Source: Polyangiales bacterium (GTDB lineage Bacteria; Myxococcota_A; Polyangia; Polyangiales; Ga0077539). Taken from it: a stretch of 64,000 bases of DNA. The notes below the pieces were generated by a model, which was given only the letters and a program-made list of their open reading frames with translations, did not search any database and was not told the DNA's origin. Within the stretch, counting starts at the first letter, position 1; each line of letters opens with the position of its first letter. This document shows positions 57,765-64,000 of the stretch, one piece after another. The DNA lies in contig JBGARZ010000027.1 in NCBI GenBank assembly GCA_044229975.1, forward strand, positions 1 to 64,000, read 5' to 3'. Both the position numbers and the translations under genes were made by a program.

Positions 57765-57883
57765 TGTGCGCTGCGTGTACAGCGCGTGTGGGTTCTGCCG
57801 CCAGGTCGATCACAGCGATCGCCGCCGTCGATCGGGCATTCGTCGGAATGGAGACGACTCCCTCGACTGGCACATCGGTCGCA
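57765..57883 (+). promoter_or_regulatory. sigma54-type promoter with upstream TGT-N11-ACA site (copy 1)
   Basis: TGGCACATCGGTCGCA at 57868-83 (GG-N10-GC); TGT 57765, ACA 57779. Confidence 0.7.
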
Positions 57884-57929
57884 CAGACGAGATCGGTGCG
57901 CGCGCGAACCATCACCAGGGAGACCGTCC

Positions 57930-58760
57930 ATGAGCCAGATCGACAACGTTGATGGTCGTCGTCTTGTGATCGATGGGTGCGAGGGTGGATCCCGCACCGA
58001 CGCTCCGCCGCTCGGTCCGGTCTTCGGCGCGAGACCGCCGGTGAGGTCGGAGGGCGGTGAGTTGCTCGCCCTCGTCGCGCAGATGTCCGATGCCATCGTC
58101 GTCCACCGTGACGGCCGGATCGTGTACGCCAACCCCGCGTGGGTCAGTCGGCTGGGCTACGTCTCGATCGACGAGGTGTCGGGCCACGCGCTGAGCGACA
58201 CCCTGCACCCGGATGATCGAGCAGGCGAATGCGCGCGACGGGAATCCGTCGACCCGACCGACCGAGGGTCCCCGCGCGAGGTTCGCTACCTTCGCAAGGA
58301 CGGCGAGGCGGTCAGCTTGTGGCTCGTCACCGTTCGAGTGACCAGCGCCTGGGGAGACCCTGCGGTGATGGAGGTCGCGCGCGACATGGACGGCCCACCA
58401 GGGTTTCGGGGGACGTGGGACGGCCTGGCGTGCGCGCTGGCCAATCCGCTCACCTACGTCCTCAGCAACGTCGAGCACATCGCAAGCGAGATCCCCCGTC
58501 TCGTCGAGGCGCTGGCGCAGCGCGAGGCGCAGCTTCTCGCTCGCTTCGGAGCTCGGGCCCTCGACGGCATCCTCTCCCCGGAGGAGATGCTCACGTCCCG
58601 CCTGCGCGAGATCGCTGACGCGTTGGAGGACGCGCGCATCGGGACCGACCGGATGCGATGCGTCGTCCGTGACCTCCGACACCTCTCTCGCAGCGTCGCG
58701 TGCGGAGGGGCGTCGAATGCGAGTGAGGCGGTACCCGCGACCGCTCCGATGACCCGGTGA
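57930..58760 (+). CDS. PAS + degenerate DHp (HisKA-like) protein with no phospho-His and no ATPase domain
   Basis: ATG 57930 with AGGGAG RBS; DAIVVHRDGRIVYANPA, LHPDD, YLRKDG (PAS); GLACALANPLTYVLSNVE and DRMRCVVRDLRHLSR (DHp helices). Confidence 0.8.
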   Translation: MSQIDNVDGRRLVIDGCEGGSRTDAPPLGPVFGARPPVRSEGGELLALVAQMSDAIVVHRDGRIVYANPAWVSRLGYVSIDEVSGHALSDTLHPDDRAGECARRESVDPTDRGSPREVRYLRKDGEAVSLWLVTVRVTSAWGDPAVMEVARDMDGPPGFRGTWDGLACALANPLTYVLSNVEHIASEIPRLVEALAQREAQLLARFGARALDGILSPEEMLTSRLREIADALEDARIGTDRMRCVVRDLRHLSRSVACGGASNASEAVPATAPMTR

Positions 58761-58888
58761 GGTGGGAGGGCATGGGCAGTGGCGCCTCCACGATCTGACC
58801 GACCGCTGCCGGTCGCTGCGCGCGGCCGCCGCAGTCTCTCGTGCGCGCTCTCGCGCAGGCGGTGGGCGACGTGTTGATCGAGCCTGGC

Positions 58889-60202
58889 ATGGAGCTCGAC
58901 GGCCGCTATCGGGTGGGCGCAAAGCTCGGCGAAGGAGCGATGGGCACCGTCTACGAGGCGACGCCTCTTGTCGGGGGCGACGACGTCGCGATCAAGGTTC
59001 TCCATCGACGGTTCGCCCGGGACGAGGAGGCGACCCGACGGTTCGCTCGCGAGGCGCGGGCGGCTGCCGACGTCGGGCATCCGGCGGTGGTCGACGTGTT
59101 GGGCAGCGGCACCCACCAGGGGATGCCGTACCTGGTGATGACACGACTGCGCGGTGAGACGCTCGCCCAGCGACTCACCCGCGTGAAGCGTCTCCCGCCG
59201 ATGGAGGCGTGCGAGATCGTCGGGCACGTCCTCTCTGCCCTCGCGAGCGCCCACGCCAAGGGGATCATTCACCGGGACATGAAGCCCGACAACGTCTTCC
59301 TCGAGGGCCCCGAGGAGGCGGCACAAGTCAGATTGCTGGACTTCGGCATCTCGAAGTTTCGCCCGCCGTTCGCCATCCTCGGCCACAGCACCCTGGAGGG
59401 CGTGATCATGGGGACACCGGGCTACATGGCACCCGAGCAGTGGATGGGGCGCCGCGACATCGACCACCGCGCGGACCTCTTCGCCGTCGGCGCGATCCTG
59501 TACGAACTCCTCTGCGGCAAGGTGCCCTACGGCGGCAAGAACCAGAGCGAGTTCTTCCTTGAGGTCGTGCGCGGAACGCTCCCTCCCGAGCCACCGCGCG
59601 GGGGTGCTCCCGATGTCGAGGTAGAGCTCGAGCGCACGGTGCTTCGGGCCCTTGAACGCGATCGTGATCGGAGGTTCTCCAGCGCGTCTGAGTTCCTCGA
59701 TGCCCTGCGCCCGTTCGGGGCGGGATCCATCGTCGCGGTCTCTCTTCCCCCCGCTCCTGTCCCGCTGGACGAGCCGCGCACGCGGCCGTCGCCCTCACCG
59801 CGGCCCATCCGAGGGCGCGATCCCTACCGATACTGGCTCGTGCCGATGCTGGCAGGTGCGCTCGTGTCGTTCGTGGTGACCATCGCGATCTGGCGGCCTC
59901 CCTCGTCGCCGTCTCTCACCCCGACGCAACGACCGCATCGCGTCGAGGTGTCCCGTGAGCAGGAGGAGCCTCGCGTGTCAGGTGAAGCTCTCGTCGACAG
60001 CGCTTCCTCCGATGAAGGACCGATGGATTCCGTCGCGCCCGATCACGACGGAGGGCCATCTCAGTCGGCCGACGCGAAGCAGCCCGTTGCGAGGGGCGTG
60101 AACCGCCCGTGGGCTACATCCGGGCGAGTTGGTCCCCCCATCCAGCCAAGGCGACCGGTCCTCTCCGGCGTCCAGGCGCTGCCGATCGCGCGGAACTTCT
60201 GA
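58889..60202 (+). CDS. Membrane-anchored Hanks-type Ser/Thr protein kinase
   Basis: GEGAMGTVY, VAIK, HRDMKPDN, LLDFG, GTPGYMAPE, then a TM. The start could be a few codons upstream. Confidence 0.95.
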   Translation: MELDGRYRVGAKLGEGAMGTVYEATPLVGGDDVAIKVLHRRFARDEEATRRFAREARAAADVGHPAVVDVLGSGTHQGMPYLVMTRLRGETLAQRLTRVKRLPPMEACEIVGHVLSALASAHAKGIIHRDMKPDNVFLEGPEEAAQVRLLDFGISKFRPPFAILGHSTLEGVIMGTPGYMAPEQWMGRRDIDHRADLFAVGAILYELLCGKVPYGGKNQSEFFLEVVRGTLPPEPPRGGAPDVEVELERTVLRALERDRDRRFSSASEFLDALRPFGAGSIVAVSLPPAPVPLDEPRTRPSPSPRPIRGRDPYRYWLVPMLAGALVSFVVTIAIWRPPSSPSLTPTQRPHRVEVSREQEEPRVSGEALVDSASSDEGPMDSVAPDHDGGPSQSADAKQPVARGVNRPWATSGRVGPPIQPRRPVLSGVQALPIARNF

Positions 60203-60298
60203 CGGCGGTCTCGGCCGGGTCGCCGCGCCCTGCGCTCGGGTGGACGGCACTGCGCGGTCTCTCGGAACTCTCGCCTCCATCTCACCGGCGGAAATCGC

Positions 60299-60394
60299 TG
60301 TGCGAAGCGCGTACAGCGCTGGTCCGGGTCGACACAACTGCACCTCGTTTGCGTCCTCCACGGCGCGACACCGCCATGGTGCACACGTCTTGCT
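60299..60394 (+). promoter_or_regulatory. TGT-N11-ACA site plus variant sigma54-like promoter (copy 2)
   Basis: GCTGTGCGAAGCGCGTACAGC; downstream GTGCACACGTCTTGCT has TG in place of GG at the -24 element. Confidence 0.45.
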
Positions 60395-60469
60395 GTCGGC
60401 CTCCCAACGCCGTCGCGGAGTCGGTCACCTTCGACCGCTCGACCGGCGCCACCCGCGGAGCTTTTGGTG

Positions 60470-62854
60470 ATGAACGAAGTCGCGATGCGACGCTTGACGG
60501 AGCGACTGACCCGACCCTTCTTCCTTCTGGTGCTGGTGGCGAACCTCGCTGCGTGTGCGGGCGACGTGCCCCTCCTGGGACCCCCTGCCGGCGGCGCCTG
60601 CCTGCCAACCACCGACTCGGTGCAGCGCACGGTGTTCGCCCCGCACTGCGGCAGCTCCGGGTGTCACGACGCCCGCAACCCGACCTACGGACTCGACCTG
60701 GTCTCCCCGGGCCTCGAAGGACGTGTGATCGGGGCGCCGTCGGTCGGCTGCGACGGGGAGAGGCTGGTCATCGCCGGGGCGCCCGAGCGCTCGCAGCTCT
60801 ACGTGAAGATCGCTCAGGCGACGCCCGAGTGCGGTCGCCGCATGCCACAGGGTTCGCCCGCCCTCTCCGCCGATCAGCAGATGTGCGTCGCCGAGTGGAT
60901 ACGCGGGCTCTCTGCTGGCGCTGGCGACGCCGCGGTCGACGCGGGTGTCGCCCAGTCCGACGGGTCGATGGACGCGCGGGTCGATCCTCCCATGGACGTC
61001 CCTGTCGACGGCGTGACGTGCCCGACGGGGCAGGCGTCGTGCGGCGGCCGTTGCCTCGACCTCGCCGCCGACCCGCTGAACTGCGGCACCTGCGGGCGCG
61101 CGTGCGTGGCGGGGCAACTTTGCACCGCGGGTGTCTGCGCTTGCGGCACCGGCCAGATGCTCTGCGGTGGCGCCTGCGTAAACATCCAGACGAGCGCCTT
61201 GAACTGCGGCGCGTGCGGTCGCGCGTGTGCCGCCGGGCAGACCTGCTCGGGTGGGGTGTGCTCCTGCGCGGCGGGGTTCACGCTCTGCGCGGGTGCGTGC
61301 GTCGACACTCGTACGAGCGCGACGAGTTGTGGCGCCTGCGGGCGCACCTGCGCGGCGGGGCAGACGTGCGCGGCGGGAGCCTGCGTCTGCGCCGGCACGC
61401 AGTCCCTCTGCGGCGGGGTGTGCGTCGACACGGACACGAGCGCCTCGAACTGCGGCTTCTGCGGTCGCTCCTGCGGCGTGGGACAGGTCTGCGCGGCGGG
61501 GGCCTGCTCCTGTTCGGCCGGTCTCGCGCTCTGCGGCGGCGCTTGCGTCAACGCGCAGACGAGCTCGTCTCACTGCGGGTCGTGCGGCAACACCTGCGGG
61601 GCGGGCTTCGTCTGCAACCTCGGGGTCTGCACCCGCGGCGCCTGCACCGGCGGCACGACGCCGTGCAGCGGCTCCTGCGCCAACCTGTCCATCGACCCCT
61701 CGAACTGCGGCGCCTGCGGTCGCACCTGCGCGTCCGGGCAGACCTGCACGTCCGGCGTCTGCACCTCCTCGTGCGCCAGCGGCGTCACCCTCTGCTCTGG
61801 TGGCTGCGCCAACCTCCAGACCGACGCGTCCAACTGCGGCGCGTGCGGTCGTACTTGCGCGGCTGGGCTCTCGTGCGCCAGCGGCGTGTGCGTCTGTCCG
61901 TCGGGCCAGGCGCTGTGCGGTGGCGTCTGCGTCAACGCCCAGACCGACGCGTCCAACTGCGGCGCGTGTGGTCGCGACTGCGCCGCGGGGCAGAGCTGCA
62001 CGTCCGGTGTCTGCACGTCTTCGTGTGCGAGCGGCACGACGCTCTGCGGGGGGAGCTGCGCGAACCTCCAGACCGACGCGTCCAACTGCGGCGCATGCGG
62101 TCGGGCGTGCGCTGCGGGGCAGAGCTGTGCGGCGGGAGTCTGCACGTGTCCGACGGGCCAGGCCCTCTGCGGCACGACCTGCGCGAGCCTCCAGACCGAC
62201 AGCGCCAACTGCGGTGCCTGCGGTCGGGCGTGCGTGGCGGGCCAGACCTGCACCGCGGGCGCGTGCGCCTGCTCTACCGGGCAGACGCTCTGCGGCGGGA
62301 GCTGCGTGAGCCTCCAGACGGACAACGCCAACTGCGGCGCCTGCGGTCGCGCGTGCACCACGGGGCAGGCCTGCACGGCGGGCGTCTGCGCCAGCACCTG
62401 CCCGAGTGGCACCACCCTGTGCAGCGGGAGCTGCGTGAGCCTCCAGACCGACAGCGCCAACTGCGGCGCCTGCGGTCGGGCGTGCACCACGGGTCAGACC
62501 TGCACCGCGGGCGTCTGCGCCGGGTGCGGCCCGTCGGTGAGCCTGTCCACGCAGGTGCAGCCCATCTTCACGGCGAGCTGCACCACCGGCTGCCACGGCG
62601 GCATGCGACCCGCCGCGGGCATGTCGCTCGTGTCCGGGTCGTCGTACGCCAGCCTCGTGGGCGTTGCCTCGTCGGCCTGCTCAAGTCGCGTGCGCGTCGT
62701 CCGCGGCTCGGTCTCGACGAGCTATCTCGTCAACAAGCTGACCGGCGTCGGGCTCTGCTCCGGCGGGATGATGCCCGTCAACGGCGGCCCGCTGCCGAAC
62801 AGCCAGATCGACCTGATCCGCGCCTGGATCTGCAACGGCGCTCCCAACAACTGA
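60470..62854 (+). CDS. Lipoprotein: cytochrome c-like domain + 12 eight-Cys repeats + cytochrome c-like domain
   Basis: Lipobox LAAC; CGSSGCH...RMP...WI; 12 repeats; VQPIFTASCTTGCH...MMP...WICNGA. Alternative start 60485. Confidence 0.9.
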   Translation: MNEVAMRRLTERLTRPFFLLVLVANLAACAGDVPLLGPPAGGACLPTTDSVQRTVFAPHCGSSGCHDARNPTYGLDLVSPGLEGRVIGAPSVGCDGERLVIAGAPERSQLYVKIAQATPECGRRMPQGSPALSADQQMCVAEWIRGLSAGAGDAAVDAGVAQSDGSMDARVDPPMDVPVDGVTCPTGQASCGGRCLDLAADPLNCGTCGRACVAGQLCTAGVCACGTGQMLCGGACVNIQTSALNCGACGRACAAGQTCSGGVCSCAAGFTLCAGACVDTRTSATSCGACGRTCAAGQTCAAGACVCAGTQSLCGGVCVDTDTSASNCGFCGRSCGVGQVCAAGACSCSAGLALCGGACVNAQTSSSHCGSCGNTCGAGFVCNLGVCTRGACTGGTTPCSGSCANLSIDPSNCGACGRTCASGQTCTSGVCTSSCASGVTLCSGGCANLQTDASNCGACGRTCAAGLSCASGVCVCPSGQALCGGVCVNAQTDASNCGACGRDCAAGQSCTSGVCTSSCASGTTLCGGSCANLQTDASNCGACGRACAAGQSCAAGVCTCPTGQALCGTTCASLQTDSANCGACGRACVAGQTCTAGACACSTGQTLCGGSCVSLQTDNANCGACGRACTTGQACTAGVCASTCPSGTTLCSGSCVSLQTDSANCGACGRACTTGQTCTAGVCAGCGPSVSLSTQVQPIFTASCTTGCHGGMRPAAGMSLVSGSSYASLVGVASSACSSRVRVVRGSVSTSYLVNKLTGVGLCSGGMMPVNGGPLPNSQIDLIRAWICNGAPNN

Positions 62855-62932
62855 CCCGCGCGGCGTCGCCACGGTCGCCGCGAGTTTCTCGGAGGTCGCC
62901 GGGGGCACGTCGTTTGCGGAGTGCGAGCTTCG

Positions 62933-63180
62933 ATGAACCTCGCGCGCCTCGTCCACCGTCGGGCCTGTCCCCCGCCGACCCGGCTGCCCGCCGCGTCACC
63001 TCGTTCGAGTCACGCCAGCGCGCTCGCTGGGCTGGCCGCCGCGGCGCTCGCGCTGGTCCCCGGCAAGTGCTCGGCGCAGGTCCTCTCGCGGTTCGCGCTG
63101 CGTGCCGACCTCGGCGCGGGCACGATGCTCTCCCCATCAGCGCGCCGACCTCGGGTACGACGTCGCGATCGACGGGGCTC
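62933..63180 (+). pseudogene. 5' fragment of a secreted/outer-membrane protein gene
   Basis: Signal peptide then QVLSRFALRADLGAGTMLSP, a frameshift into HQRADLGYDVAIDG, then lost. Confidence 0.45.
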
Positions 63181-63217
63181 CCTTCCGACCGTCGTCGGTC
63201 CTCGTCGCGCGGTGTGT

Positions 63218-63336
63218 TGTGCGGCGCGCGTACAACGCCTGTGAGACCCGGCGTCAGCTCAATCACAAGGGTCGCCGCCGTCGAGCGGACATTCGCCGGA
63301 AGAGAGACGAATCCGTCGACTGGCACATCGGTCGCA
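63218..63336 (+). promoter_or_regulatory. sigma54-type promoter with upstream TGT-N11-ACA site (copy 3)
   Basis: Identical TGGCACATCGGTCGCA at 63321-36; TGT 63218, ACA 63232; same spacing as copy 1. Confidence 0.7.
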
Positions 63337-63393
63337 CACGGGCCTCGCACGCGGGATGGATCCCTTCATCGCCGCACCTTCGAGGAGGTCTCC

Positions 63394-64000
63394 GTGAGGC
63401 GTTTCATCATGGTTTCTTTGCTTGCCGCGCAGGTCGCGGCGTCGGGCTGTCAGCCGGAGAGCGTCGTGGGAGGCAGGGACGTCCCCGTCGCCGACCTCGG
63501 CGCGGACGGTTCAGTCCTCTCTTCGGACGGTGGCTCGGACGCCAGTCCGATCGGCGATGGGGCGACGGGCGACGCGAGCAAGGTAGACGTCGCGGACGTC
63601 CCATCGTGTCCCGCCGGGAGCACGCTCTGTGACGGCGCCTGCGTGGACACGCGCAGCAGCCTCGCTCACTGCGGCGCATGCGGCGCCGCCTGTGCACCGA
63701 CGGGGGCGGTCGGTGCGTGCGTGATGGGGGCCTGCACCGTCGCCTCGTGCAACGCGGGCCTCGCGGACTGCAACACGATGGCGGCCGACGGCTGCGAGGT
63801 CGACCTCAACATGAGCGCGGCGAACTGCGGCCGCTGCGGGAGCGCGTGCACCTTCGCCAACGCGACCGGCGCCTGCACCGCAGGCACCTGCGGCGTGGGC
63901 GCCTGCAACACCGGATTCGGCAACTGCGACGCCGACCCATCCAACGGCTGCGAGACCGACCTCAACACCACCGTCGGCGCGTGCGGCGCGTGCGGCACGA
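63394..64000 (+). CDS. Cys-rich repeat lipoprotein (partial, runs off the window)
   Basis: GAGGAGG RBS; GTG 63394; MRRFIMVSLLAAQVAASGC lipobox; D-rich stalk; HCGACG and DCN...DGCE repeats. Not in the ORF track because it has no stop in the window. Confidence 0.85.
   Translation, partial: MRRFIMVSLLAAQVAASGCQPESVVGGRDVPVADLGADGSVLSSDGGSDASPIGDGATGDASKVDVADVPSCPAGSTLCDGACVDTRSSLAHCGACGAACAPTGAVGACVMGACTVASCNAGLADCNTMAADGCEVDLNMSAANCGRCGSACTFANATGACTAGTCGVGACNTGFGNCDADPSNGCETDLNTTVGACGACGT

Noticed and set aside
57178..57915. Minus-strand ORFs at 57178-57915 and 62778-63350 with similar N-termini (CATDVPV...)
   Set aside because: The similarity is confined to the shared promoter region and is better explained by the + strand regulatory module.
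61000..62530. Regularly spaced near-identical DNA words (CTCCAGACCGAC...AACTGCGGCGC) resembling a CRISPR or repeat array
   Set aside because: In-frame coding repeats of the Cys-rich protein; no unique spacers and no cas genes.
61000..62530. Many CxxC motifs suggesting a multiheme cytochrome or polyferredoxin
   Set aside because: None is followed by His and the spacing is not ferredoxin-like. Only the two terminal domains have CXnCH.
1..64000. Hundreds of long overlapping Arg/Pro/Ala-rich ORFs in the ORF track (e.g. 37752-40688 +, 60425-62596 -, 49299-51308 -)
   Set aside because: Shadow frames of real genes. Stop codons are rare at this GC content and the translations lack motifs.

Overview
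High-GC window that reads like an accessory region of a myxobacterium (Myxococcota, Polyangiales-like). The taxon is inferred from MYXO-CTERM tails, Cys-rich repeat lipoproteins, Hanks kinase/PEGA-like modules and D/A/G/V-rich stalks. I found no housekeeping genes, rRNA, tRNA or CRISPR array. It holds about 28 probable intact genes, mostly secreted or lipoprotein surface proteins: four tandem paralogous 'FLGP + Asp-box' proteins, two paralogous ~800-aa membrane proteins, RCC1, FG-GAP, LamG+C-type lectin, a GH43/32-like propeller and two large lipobox+MYXO-CTERM proteins. It also holds two Ser/Thr kinases, a BBE-like FAD oxidoreductase, a GNAT, a multi-GAF-like/HTH protein, a frameshifted IS1634-family element with TIRs and a 5-bp TSD, two ISL3 relics, and many pseudogenes and collapsed gene duplicates. 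The best candidate for an undescribed system is at 57.7-64 kb. Three transcription units there each follow a shared TGT-N11-ACA palindrome and a sigma54-type promoter (two canonical, one variant). They encode a His-less PAS-DHp pseudokinase plus a Ser/Thr kinase, a lipoprotein in which two atypical c-type heme domains (CX4CH, CX3CH) cap a rod of 12 eight-Cys repeats, and a further Cys-rich lipoprotein. All family assignments come from motif recognition by eye, not database searches.
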